From: Penicillus capitatus | Lineage: Eukaryota > Plantae > Chlorophyta | Direction: 5' to 3' | DNA length: 64,000 nt | NCBI GenBank assembly: GCA_965649825.1 | Contig: OZ287705.1 | Span: 892,314-956,313, forward strand | Part shown: one piece after another, positions 12,101 through 24,700 of the stretch | Numbering within the stretch: the first letter of the stretch is position 1 | How the letters are laid out: the number at the start of each line of letters is the position of its first letter | The notes under the pieces: generated by a model | Database searches by the model: none | Seen by the model: the letters and a program-made list of their open reading frames with translations, nothing else | Told to the model about the DNA's origin: nothing | Position numbers and translations under genes: made by a program

Positions 12101-14377
12101 TCGAGATATCGATCCACACAAGGATGCCTTGATCTTGGCAGACCACGACCATGGAACGGCCGCTGGCATCGACAGAGAAGCAGATATCCAGACATGGGCA
12201 GTAATAGGAGGTGAGGGTGGCAATGTGACGGTAGACACAGACATTCTCGAGCTTCCAATGCAGCACGGACAAGTCTCCCATGCAGGTCACGATGCTGAGG
12301 CCATCCTCTGAGAGAGCAAAGTGATAGAAGCGATTCTTAGCGCTCTCAACCTTGAAGTAATTGGACGGTTCTGTCTGCCGAAGATTTCTGCCTTCCTGTC
12401 GTGCGCTCATACGGTTCAGGACATACTGACGCTGTTGAGACAGTTTCCAGACAGCCGTGCATTCGGAGTTGAAACGCATGACTGCGATGGTACTGCCATC
12501 GATTGAGAATTTGGAAATGCTCTTTCCGATGTGGATGTCATCATCTGCAGCTTTGAGGATGTAGTGCGATCGAAGGGCGGCATTGAATCCCCTCAGAACG
12601 GAGGGAGACCACAGAGACATGAGACTCTTGCCAACAAAGAGCAGTTTGGTGGCTTGCGTGCTAAAGCAGAAATCCATCCCCGAGAACTGCTCGACCTTGT
12701 CTTCCGGTATCTTGATACGCAAGACCTCCACGCCTTCACAGACATTCCAGATCACACCAGTACGACAGGCCGATGCGTAAACCCCCAGCCACTGGCCATT
12801 TTTCGACACCGAAATCGCCTCAACTCCATGAACGCTGTCGATTTGCTTCACATCGTCGCTCATCATTCTCATGGCACTAGGACAAATGTCTCGTCCGACG
12901 AATCCTGTATTCAGGACATGAATCGGCGTCTGCGTTTTGAGCTGCCAGACAATGACTTTGAGGGTATCGGTAACACAGCACGACACCAATCCCAACTGAT
13001 CTCTCAATCGAATGAAGTCGCAGGTATGGATGTTGCCTTCGTTGGGATCGCCAAGAATTATGGGCTCTGGCGACTGATAGTAAGGATGGTTCCATCTGGA
13101 CCTTCCCGGGTCAATGGGAGTTCTCCCCAAATTGTCCAAGTCCCATACGTAACAGTTGCTGTCGTTGATTTGCTCTCCCGAGGCCAACAGGCCGTGCCAG
13201 GTGACAAGGAATCCATCTCCCTGGCTGAAACGACCTCTGGTGCCCTGAAGCTGATAGCTGGCGACACCGCCTTCCTCAAGAGAGGGCCACAAAACCACAT
13301 ATCCTTGCACCAGTTCGTACACCGTCAGCAGCAGACATCGCGATGTACGACTAAACAGAATCAAATCCACCAGTCGTTCGGCACCGACCCACGGTTCGTC
13401 GATCTGAACCGGCAATACCAGCATGGGATCGACTTTGAGCGTGGCATCGTTAACAACGGCGTCTGTTTCAAAGATAAAGATAATGGAGTAGAGCTTGAAC
13501 GCACCGGAGCGTTCCTGTTGATGGCGACTGGGCGAAAAGATATCTGCATTGTCAGGTTCGACATAGGTATAGATGGGGAATCCCAGATAACGCCCATCCG
13601 ATGAGAGACGCGGCACGGCCAGCTCTTTCCCAACATAATTGCAATCGTCCCATGATGGAGCACAGTGTGATTCGGTGTAGCGCACGGGGTAGGTGTTGAG
13701 ATTCCACTTGACACAGTGGCCGTCCAGATCCACCGAAATCAGGATGGGAGGATTGTTCTGCAAGAAGGCCACATCCGCAATGCGAAATCCGTGAGGTCCC
13801 TTGAGTGTCATAGCCAGAGATCCACGAATGGCATCCCATACCAGCAGACTGCCATTTGACATTCCGCACACGACATAACGATCATCGTGTGAGAAAGTGT
13901 AACATGTCGTTTTGAGTTTTTCGATTTTGAAGCTCATGAGACGCTGAGGCGCCAGTTGACGGTTCTTGAGTATAGGAGGATCTGCCACATCTTTTGACCA
14001 CACTTCGCAACTGCTCAACCCTGGATGTCCCGAATCTCTTGAGATTTGTGCCCCGACGGTGTCTAATATGAAGACTGGACAGCCATTGATGATCTCATAA
14101 TCATCGCAGAACAACAGAGTCGTGTCCAAAGGAAGCTTCGCCTCGTAGTCTGCAGAAAATGAGAAGGGCATGTATGATCATAAAGTGCACTACCTGGTCT
14201 TCTTCGTTGTGTCTCGGCGGCCAAGCTGTGGTTGATGCGTCTCCTGTACATTCTGTTGACTTCTCGACGAAGCATCGTCCATAACTGCTCGATGTAGTAG
14301 CTGGCTTCCACACGAGCGGCATCGTAACGTTCATTGGCGTAGTCCAAAGCTGCGCCCAGTCTGCGCAGAGTCGGCAT
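9193..14377 (-). CDS. TRP-family cation channel with N-terminal WD40/beta-propeller region
   Basis: Exon 1 14377-14194, intron 14193-14150. Long exon with WD-like motifs (FSHDDRYVVCGMSNGSLLVWD). Six TM segments, S6/TRP-box LLNLMIAIMGDSFNRV, C-terminal WEGRL. Further introns near 11050, 10670 and 9400. Confidence 0.85.
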
Positions 14378-14785
14378 GGGATTCTACTACCGCACTGTAG
14401 AAACACGCTGCGAGTTTCTATTTGCAAACAGACAGGGCCTATTGCGAAACTGGGATCGTCTTTGCGGTAATACGATGGCGCAAAACCAGCGAAACGTGGG
14501 AAAGGAGTTTGTTCGTAACAGACAGAGACTGATATTCCGTTGCAGACGGAGCGCACAGAGAAAAGGGTATATATAGGGGACGTAGAATCTGTGAGAACAG
14601 GTTTCGTGGCAGTTTCCAAAGGTGGAACTATGCGTCAGACAACGCCTCTTTGGTGATGACGTCCCCCTACTTCCCCGAGTTGACAGTGAGAAAATGAGGT
14701 GTGGGAGTGTGTTGGCTCAGGTTCGCTGTCGCGTGTTTTGTAAATAAACCAAACGTCCCATCAATACGAACCCTGCGAGCAGGTA

Positions 14786-15809
14786 ATGGAGAAAGGGCTC
14801 ATCGCCTGGATCCAGGGTGAAGGTGGATATGTCCACCCGGCGATTGACCTTTTTGCCGAGAAGGCAGAGCGTCGAGATCGCGGTGTTGTTGCTCGTCAAG
14901 AGATAGAGAAGGACGAACAGCTGCTTCTGATACCGGAGAAATGCGCCCTGTACTTTCCTGACCGTCTCTCGCCGTTTCACACGGTTGTGAGTATAAGAAC
15001 GTGCGCTGTAGTTAAGGAAATGACCAGAGGGAAGATGCGTGTTGGATGCGAAGGCGAAGTCATGAAAGTTTTGGACGAGGAAGGATCTACACTTACACCC
15101 TTCCTCCTGACGCTTCTTCTGTTTCTAAGAGAAACGGCACAGGGATCGCCTTCCCATTTTGGCGGCTATATCCAGACACTACCTACCGAACCGCCTCCAT
15201 CGCTCATAACCTGGTCCATCAATGCGCGCAAACTGCTCCGTGGTTCATGCACCGAAAAACTGCTCATGGCTTGACAAGGCATACAGGGACAAGTTTGGAG
15301 AGAAATGCAGATCGTCAGCTTCTGGAAGAGAAGCCTTCGACAGTCAATTGTTGCCCCTGATGAAGAGACATCCTGATATGTGGCCCTTCGATATCTGCGA
15401 TATGGATCGGATGCGATCGGCAGCCGCAGTGATTCAGTCGCGGGTTCTTTCACATGAAAGAAGAGAACTGGATCACAAATACCGTACAATGACCTGCCTG
15501 ATGTGCAGCACTCAACATGAGTCGTGATCAGGTGCATGAAGGCACGATCCTCTATCTCATTCGCGGAATCGATATGTTCAATCACTCACACGACGACGAC
15601 GCCATCAACACAGAACTGATGAAGTGCAAGGACTGCACTTCGGTGGAGTTAGGGGACGGACGTCGAGTCGACGTCGAAGGCTATTTCGCCATGAAAGCAG
15701 GTGAATGTACGCGATCTCTGCACAGGTCGTGCTCATCCCACTGTGCGCTATAGACCGTGCGATCGAAGCAGGAGAAGAGATTTTGCACAGTTATGGAGAT
15801 CTGAGTCGT
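14786..15809 (+). pseudogene. SET-domain (Rubisco LSMT/SETD6-like) lysine methyltransferase, apparently disrupted and 3'-truncated
   Basis: RGVVARQEIEKDEQLLLIP, YIQTLP, VIQSR, IDMFNH, GEEILHSYG. Stop at ~15272 with frame changes; no continuation found after YGDLSR. Confidence 0.65.
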
Positions 15810-16489
15810 GTGTGTAAATGAATGCTTAAAGCCCTTCGCCATAGGCATTTGGGGCTGAGATACAATTGAAGTTCTGTATTCTTTCGGTCAATCAATGTAT
15901 AGACTTGTAGGCTAGCGTCGCGCATAGCGTCACGACAAGCTCGAGCAAATGCAGGACGGCCATCGTTACAAAACAGAATGACCGATCACAAGAAAATGTC
16001 AACATTTATGCCTTATTTCGACAAGACTGGAGGCTGAAACCTCTCGTTAAGGGTCCGAAAACAATCAAACAATCAGGGATTAGGCAAAACATAAACAGAG
16101 AAAATGCGGCAAGAAGACCCAGGCGTGATTCTTCTTCAAGAACAATTGCTTCCACTATGAGAATGCTCGATGAGATTCCCTCATGGCAGGATTCTCCAAT
16201 GGGACCTGCGTACTCCTCCGGTTCCCCGGGCCGGGTTACGTGGTGTCCCCGCTGGTTTATACTTTCCATGCAAAGAGCTGACCATGTCATAGCTTCTGAG
16301 CGGTTCCCAGGGCGACGGGCCAGCTGCTTTCCGTCAGCTGGATAACCGTTAGGGCCTACCCAGATGAATGCCTAGGCGGCAACGCTATGTGGAATTCTAC
16401 ACCAGGACTGTTGTGAACTCCTCATGGTGTGGAACCATGATAGTTACATTGGTGACAAGGGACCAGGCGAGTCGGATTTAGTTGCCTCG

Positions 16490-17010
16490 CCATTGTCGCC
16501 AAGATTTTCTATGGTGATGGGACTGTCTTGTTCTGTGGGGGTCATGCGTGCCAAAGAGCACTGCTTGTCATGTCAGAAGGGTCTTTGGTCAGTGAAGGGG
16601 TCTTTTTCTGGCTCTGAGGCTCGGCTGACTCATCTACCTAGGAACGTCACGTCACCTAGACTGGATAAGAGGCTGAGGACGTATTGAGAAGGATCCTTTA
16701 TTTGTTCACTGTAAGGTTTTGATTTTGGCACCATCGGCCACTCTGGATAACGACGAAGCTGAGCGAGACATCCCGCGCGCCCACGTGCCTTATGCACCGC
16801 TATACCCTACCTTTCAGGAGAGCATCGATCGCTTCCGGCAGGCAGAACACTCGGAAATCCTCCTCCGGGTGCAGACCAGGTTATTCATAACGTAGGACTC
16901 TGCGACACCCGAAGAAGCTCGGAGGATCTCAGCTTGAACAGTTCCACCCCGGAAGAACTCGTAACCCCGGACCCCGGAGACGCACGTAGAGGAAGAGGAA
17001 GAAGAAGAGG
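16490..17010 (+). repeat. Decayed copy B of the unclassified coding repeat
   Basis: TLDNDE...VPYAPLYPTFQESIDRFRQAEHSEILLR/GADQVIHNVGLCDTRRSSED (1-nt frameshift). A second block at 16500-16675 aligns to the reverse complement of 8790-8960. Confidence 0.6.
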
Positions 17011-17016
17011 AACGGA

Positions 17017-18130
17017 TCATCCAACCGAACGGCGACAGCCATCATACAAGGACACTAACACTTCTGGTTCGTATTTGGTTCTCAAATATTTGCTCCTGTT
17101 CACAATGCACATCACTCTATTCTAAAGATCAATGCGTACCTGATTGGTAAATGATGGACGGGATCCAACTGAGGAGTCTTGGTAGACGTTCCAGTGCTGC
17201 TTTTAGCCTCGGAGGAACCGAGAGTGAAGGTGACGTAATGATTAACCGTTTCGGCCTAAAAGACAACCATGGTTCAAGCGACATTTCATTCATCGTGTTT
17301 TTGTTCGGTTATAATCTCACCTTGGTGGTACTTGTCAACTTAATTTTCTCGAGAGTGATTTTGAAGAAACCACTGTATGCTGTCGTGGCCACGTCACTAG
17401 ACGGAAAAAGATCTTCTAACAGCTGTATCCGAATTGGAGCAGCTTACTGGGAGATATAAAGAACTCTACCATCATTTGTCGTATGGTCCCAGAACCCATC
17501 TAGGTTTTTGTCCTCCGGAGTCTGGTAAGCTTCTTGGGCGAATCTGCAAAGACTGTAAGCGGCTTGCGCGATGAAGATGGAATTGGTGGTTTGTCCATCG
17601 GAGGATTGGTTCGCATGTCCGTTTGAGATTTGGTTTGTCTGTCCGTTAGAGGACTGATTTTTCTGTCCATCGGATGATTTGTTCTTCGTCGGCAAAAAGG
17701 GCTCGAAGGCTTTCATGAGCATGGTTGTGCCGTCCGAAATTGCGGGTTCTGGTTGACAGCAAAGTCACTAGGATGTTTGCTGTGTATGCCTTCGGAGAAT
17801 CGCCTTAAAGACGGAGCGTTCAGCTCTGTCGAATCCGTCGAACTGAAAGTCTGAGAAACTCCAGACAGCACGCAGAAAATACTCGACTGAACTTGCATCC
17901 AAGAGCATGGTCCGTCCCTTAAATAAGATTAAGAATAGCTTCGAGGCTTTATTTGGTCTGTCTCGTTTCTTCGTCTCGTGCGGCAAAAGGTCAGTGTTCG
18001 CATCTCTGTAGCGCAGCATGTGGTCTCGACTACATGTGCGCGTGATCGTGCTGTGGATACTCATCAAAGTCATGTCCACATTTATTAGCACCGCAAGACG
18101 TACCTTGTTGGCCTCAAAAAAACTAAACAT
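17017..18130 (-). pseudogene. Truncated paralog of the C2-lipase gene (N-terminal part and start of C2 only)
   Basis: YSLCRFAQEAYQTPEDKNLDGF, AYSGFFKITLE, YVTFTLGSSEAKSS...PVHHLPIR and VLVSLYDG parallel segments of the + strand lipase gene. It stops at the repeat relic. Start position uncertain. Confidence 0.55.
17588..17680 (-). repeat. 24-bp coding tandem repeat x~4 (SSDGQxNQ-like)
   Basis: SSDGQKNQ SSNGQTNQ ISNGHANQ SSDGQTTN in ORF 17444-17722. Confidence 0.7.
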
Positions 18131-19299
18131 GTTGGCCTGCGGACTATGAAGGCGTCACTGGTGCTGTCTTGTCATAAGAAAAACAGCCACACAAAGACTC
18201 CTCAACTTGGAACTCCCTAGAACCAACGAGGCAGGTCCACACGAGACACAAGGCACGGCCACCAACAGACAGATAGCTCCAAAATGTAAAACAAACCTGC
18301 TGAACAGGCATGGACCTTAAACTACAGACGACTAGCCCTTTTTATCTAATCCTCAGAAGACCTATATTTGTCAAACAAAGGATGGCACCACTGTTTGTTC
18401 TAGAACAGAACAGAATCTGCTTTTAGAATGGACGAGCCCGTGGACAATAAAAAGCAGTTCCTAGGGAATAAGCCTAATGAATGCATCAACACAAAACAGA
18501 TAGACAGCACAGCACATTTGTCTGTCAGGCAGATGACGCATCGAGGGCCTGGACACACTCCTCGCAAGTGCTTCGATGCGAACAAGACAGTCGACAGCCT
18601 GAGGTCGCTACCGATCCTCACCCGTCATTTCTGGAGCTCCACTCCGTCCTCGCACATTCCCAATCGACACGACTATCTCTTGTATCCAGTCCTTTGCTAC
18701 GATCTGACGTGCATCCTGAGATAACAAGACAGCTCGTCAAGTACATGACACTGAATAGTAATCGAATGAGTGTGATACTCTAGAATGAGACGAATCGAGT
18801 GAATGGTGCTATGGAAACAAAGCAAAAGTAGACCAGATATGATCGAAAAAACGAACAGGTAATAGACTGCCAACGCCCAATAGCTCAGTACTTCCCACTC
18901 GCATGATAAGAGCGCTGACTGCTTGATGAATCGTTGGCAGCCAGCCTTCATTATCCCAGTCCTACAATGCATCCTTTGTACGTTCCAGTGTTGCATTCAC
19001 GCGTTTAACATGCCCGCCACGACAGCGAAACCATGCACCTTGAGTGTTAACCCCACAGCACACAGTATCGATAGGCGTCGAAACAGTCGCTGTTTCCACG
19101 ATACAAACGGTCGCATCTCAGAGGAAGAAGACGCGTTTAGAAGGCCGCTCGTCGGCAGGACATGGTTGGGCAGATCGAACACAACTTTTTCGCAGTCTCA
19201 TATCCGCGAGCTGCCAGTCGGCTTCACTCCGCCGCACTTAAACCGCCAACGCTCGGATAGCATCATTCACTCGCCACGTTCGAATTTGAATTTGTTACT

Positions 19300-21402
19300 A
19301 TGGGAACACTTCCGGAAACACATCGACAAGGTGGACTCGCACAGAGCGTCTTTTTTCCAGAACGGGCGAGAACGTTCTCTGTTGCTCAGGGAGCATCGAG
19401 CTAGAAACCGCCCGAAGCGGGAGGCTACTCGAAGGGTTCCAACGCCTCTTCCCGCTCACGGATTCATCAAAGATAAAGAGTCCTGAGCTCTCTGGAATTG
19501 TTCTGTCGATATGCAGTATGGTCCAGTACGCGTTCAAGGCGTACGAGGATCCCGAACTACCGGGCTTTACTGAACAGACATTACAGGGCCAGCAAATCCA
19601 CCACCTAAACTAGTGCGGCCCCCCATCTGATGAACTCGACGAGAAAGCGACGTTGTCTCCAGCGGATTGACAAACGACGCCGTGGATGGCGTGTTAAAAA
19701 TACGTTTGAGTGAGGCGCGGAATGTTGGGAATTCTGACGTAAGAAGCTTCGCGCTTGGGCAGTCTCTGTGTGCGGACTGAGCTTCTACAGGTCTGGCGGC
19801 TTTTTCGCAGTGACCCCTTCGTTGCATTCTCGGCAGGATCTTCTTGTGTCAAGAGTCATGTTGTTCGCAATGCGAAGCATCCAGTATGGAACTCCACACA
19901 TTACCTTGTCCTCAGGTACAGCGTCTCTCTGGGCACTCATGCTTTCCACAACATCGGATGCTTTGTAGAAAACACCATCTGAAAACTGGTTGTGAGGGGA
20001 AGCTTTACATCTCTCTTCTGGATGACGACTCGTTTAGAGGATTCGGATTTTGGAAAATAAAGACCAACCGAATAAACAAACCGGATTTTCTGGGATCCGC
20101 TGAGATTGATCTGGATGAGCTGAAACAACCAGGGGTGCATGTTTACGATCTCAAGATGAATAAGGCAACACGATTTTGGAGAGATCCGGCATCCCTTCGG
20201 TTCACTGTCGAGTACATTTCGTTTAATAGTGAGCGTTTCTACAGCAACAAAAATCTGGAAGGACTTACTTTGATTGTTTCAGAGGCATGCCAGGAAATGG
20301 ACGTCACTTTGGATGACTCTAAATGGACATTCGGAATCGGTGCACAGGATCATCCCTCGCCCGTCACCTCCAATTTGAGCTGGCTTTCAGATTTCGGGTC
20401 ACTTCATATGCATCCGTTCGCTTTTATCAATGTCCCTGACACAGATACTCAGGTCAGCATCCATCTCCATCGCTACCATGTCTTGCAATATCGAATTTAC
20501 TATAGGCATGGCTCCTTGTCAATCACAGCCTCAAGACATTGCTTGTATCGTTCCGAGGCACAGAAATACGAAAACTGCGAGACATCATAACGGATATCCG
20601 TATCTATCGTGAACAACTTCGATCGATGGCTCACGACCATTACATCATCAGAGCAGCAGATGCACTGAAAGACGAAGAAATCAAAGTGCATAGTGGTTTT
20701 CTAAAGAGTTACGAATCGATTCGTGAAGCCATTCTGCAAGTGATGTACGATGTCACGGGTTGGGCAGAGGACTGGAATATCTGCCTAACGGGGCACTCAC
20801 TTGGGGGAGCCCTGGCCACTCTCTGCGCATTCGAATGCAAAAATCGAAAGTATGCCATCATCGTCCAAAACACCACCATCACCCGACACATCTCACACTT
20901 TCTGCCGCAGGAATAAGAATGGCAGTGGCCCCATGGTCGGGATGATGAATTTTGGCGCTCCTCGTGTTGGGAACGCCGATTTTGCACGCATCTACGACAC
21001 GACCGTCGCCGATAGCTTTCGTGTTGTCGACAAGAATGACATCGTGCACTTTCTTCCTCCGACATATGTACACTCCGCAAGAGAGATTTGTTGCTTTCAA
21101 AGCGGCGAGATTTATGTCGATGGGGCACTCTTAGACGAGTTGGATCCATTGACACTACTACGCAAACAGACACGCATTCGTGTACGTTCTCTCTCACTCA
21201 TCTCATGTCCTCGATGATCGGATCTCTGTAGAGTGGGGTTCCGGAAACCTTAGATACTGACGAAGACCTCTTCGAAAAGCTTGGCGAGAAACCGGACAAT
21301 ATGTTTCAGAGCCATTTCCAAGAAAACTATCTGAGTATTACCATTGAAGCTGCGAAGAGGTTCTTTGGTGGACACCGAGAGAATCCAGTCCCGAATGTGT
21401 GA
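19300..21402 (+). CDS. C2 domain + class 3 lipase (multi-exon; start uncertain)
   Basis: C2-like KSHVVRNAKHPVWNSTHYL and DFLGSAEIDL. Lipase motifs VHSGF, TGHSLGGALA, NFGAPRVGN, RVVDKNDIV, SHFQENYL. Confidence 0.85.
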
Positions 21403-21721
21403 GAGACGTTGATCCGTTTTCACTCCGAGATTCACCCGTTTTGTTATTTCATTCATTCGCTGACGATTTCCTTCAGTAGATCGATCACCCAATCCTTTTA
21501 CTCTTGTCTGTACAGTCATTACTTAGCTGCCGTCAAAAGTAGACACAGCTTTCAGTTGACTGAACTTGATCCCTTTCTGCTAAATACTCAAACTCATGTA
21601 CGAACATCACCCGTGTTTACATTTGTTTAGTGTTCTAAAATCAATACTGATGTGACGTTCCGGATACCTGGCGTCATCCGTTGCGTTCTGAAACGGCCAT
21701 CGAGTTCCGTGTCTTGGCGTC

Positions 21722-24700
21722 ATGTATCTCTACGCCGTCACCTTAAGTCGACCAACCGGCATACAAGTCAGCATGCGCATGAAGGCGTTTTTCGGATGAC
21801 CTCTTCTGTCGTCAGTTTGCGATCTATGGCAACTTTTCGTCATCCAAGGCGCAGGAGCTCGTGGTATCGAAGGGACATGTGTTGGAACTGATTCGGCCCA
21901 ACGACGCTAACAAGCTCACGGCCGTCTGTGCCATAGAAGTCTTTGGATGTATTCGGTCTCTTCACCCATTCCGTCTGACGGGAGCACCAAAAGACTATAT
22001 CCTGGTCTCTGCATCATCTTTCTACGAGCAGCATAACTGTTGGGCACTGAACGCAGGTCGGGACAGATTCAGGCCGACTAGTGATTCTGGAATTCTCCGA
22101 AGAAAGAGGAAGCTTTGTCAAAGTCCATCAGGAGACCTTTGGCCGTTCTGGATGTCGACGCATCGTCCCAGGTCAATTCCTGGCGAGCGATCCTAAAGTA
22201 CTAACGAAAGAGAGATGAATGGCGATCTAAGGTTGTTCGTGACGTGACAGGGACGAGCATGTATGATCGCGGCCTGTGAAAAGAACAAGTTCGTCTATGT
22301 CCTTAATAGAGACAATGCGGCGAATTTGACGATCTCTTCTCCCCTTGAAGCACATAAAGCACGCCATGTGGTGTTTGCCGTCTGCGGCGTAGACTGTGGA
22401 TTTGAGAACCCTGTCTTTGCTGCGATCGAGCTAAACTATGAAGATGCAGATCAAGTAGAGCATTCATCTTGCCCCTTCCAAAATGTGTGCTTACCAGATG
22501 TTCGTTTTTGCACATTTAGGATACAACAGGCGAATCGGCACGGCAGGCGCAGAAGCACATTACGTTCTATGAACTCGACCTGGGACTCAATCATGTTATT
22601 CGCAAATCCTCAGAGCCTATTGACAATGGTGCGAATCTGTTGGTCACGGTTCCCGGCGGGACGGATGGACCGGGAGGCGTTTTGGTCTGCGCGGAGAATT
22701 TCATTCTTCACAGGTTGGATCGCCTTTCTGACACTAACTGCAGCTGCTAGCGTGCAGGAATATGGAAACGGTCGAAGAAGTGAGAACGATCATCCCAAGG
22801 AGGTCAGATCTGATTCCGGAACGTGGAGTCCTCATTGTGGCAGCCACGATGCATCGGCGCAAGAACATGTTCTTCTTTCTCCTTCAAGTCTCGTCTGCAT
22901 TTCAGTCCTGCAGCCTCTCACACATTCTGTTACAATAGAGTGAGTATGGAGATATCTACAAAGTGACGTTAGAGTATCAGGAGGAGACAGTGACGGAAGT
23001 GAAGATCAAGTATTTCGATACCATTCCACCCTGCGTTTCTATCTGCGTCCTCAAGACGGGATACCTCTTCGCCGCCTCTGAGTTTGGAAATCATGCGCTC
23101 TATCAGTTCCTGGTCATATCTGCGATCTTACTGGCTAAACAGAAAGCGAGAGATTGATTCAGGGAACGGGTGATGATGGAGATGACGTTGAAGCGAGCTC
23201 CAGGAGCGTGATCCAAACAGAAGGCGGTTTTCATCCAGTTTTCTTTCAGCCTCGGAAATTGAAGTATCTCCTGATGGTTGATGAGCTGAAGAGCCTCATG
23301 CCAATCACAGATGCCAAAGTACGATGGATTCGATGCCATTCGCGTTACTAAGTTCTGCTGCAGGTGTCCAATTTGTTGAAGGAGGAGATTCCGCAGATCT
23401 ATGCTCTATGCGGACGTGGCAGTCGAAGCTCGATGAAGATTCTGAGACCGGGACTCGGTGTCACAGAGTTGGCAGTCGCACCACTTCCTGGTTCTTCATT
23501 CTGCAGATCTCCCATATCTTGATAGTTGGGTGTATCCAGGTCAACCCACGGCCGTTTTTACGGCGCGGCTGAACTCAACCGACACGTTTGATGCGTACAT
23601 TATCGTTTCTTTCCCCAATGCCACGCTGGTCTGTGCCTAATATCGTGGAGATGACATGATGGCGAGATTGTCGGTTAGGTGTTTTCCATTGGCGACGAGA
23701 TTAAGGAGACCAACGACAGTGGGTTCTTGGCAACGAGTTCGACGTTGTGTGTCCAGTTGCTGAATGATAATTCTCAGCTGCAAGTGCATCCCAATGGTCT
23801 TCGACACATTCGACCAGATCGTCGTATCAATGAATGGAGAACACCGGGACGTACAACCATCGCCAAAGCGACCACGAACGAATGCCAGGTGCTCCTAGAG
23901 ACCAAAAGAAGACTCTTATGCTCCCTTATGCATGTGTGGCTCTGTAGGTCATCATCGCTTTGTCTGGAGGAGAGGTGATCTACTTCGAGCTGGATGCCAT
24001 TGGGCAACTGATCGAGACAGAAAAACAGGATATGAATGCAGAGGTGGCATCTTTGGCCGTCGGTCCAGTTCCGGAAGGACGCCAGCGAAGTCGCTTCTTG
24101 GCCGTTGCGACGTATGACTCGACTGTCCGTGTGCTGTCTCTGGATCCCACAGATTGTCTCCACGTTCTGGCTCTCCAGGCCGTGCCTGCCGTTGCCGAAT
24201 CTTTGCTTTTCCTTCCTTCCAGTGGCGCCAATTCGTCGCCTCTGTTTCTGCAAATGGGTCTTTCCAATGGTATTTTGCTCAGAACAGAGATCGGACAGAC
24301 GACAGGGACATTGACGGACACGAGAACGAGATTTCTGGGAACCCGATCTCCAAAACTCTTCGCGGTTCGAGTGAAGGGAGAGAACGGAATGCTGGCACTG
24401 ACCAGTCGTCCTTGGCTTGGATTTTCAGATCTTGGACGATACACTCTCGTCCCTCTCTCTTATGAAGTCCTGGATCACGCAGCAAGTGCGCGTTTCTCTC
24501 TATTCTGTTAAATATCAATATTTTGATGTGACACACCTTTTAGGTTTTGCATCGGATCAGTGCCCTGAAGGATTCGTGGCCGTCTCACAGAACACGCTCA
24601 GAATCGTCAGCGTTGAAAATACCGGCGAGACGTTTAACCAGACCAGCATGAAAGTGATACTCGTTTCTCTATTCTAGAAACAGCACAGCATTTGCGTTTA

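Noticed and set aside
11073-13604. Long plus-strand ORFs (251 and 357 aa)
   Set aside because: Antisense shadows of the TRP-WD40 exon; no motifs.
18428-18783. Small ORFs between the lipase paralogs
   Set aside because: Short, no motif, no convincing gene model.
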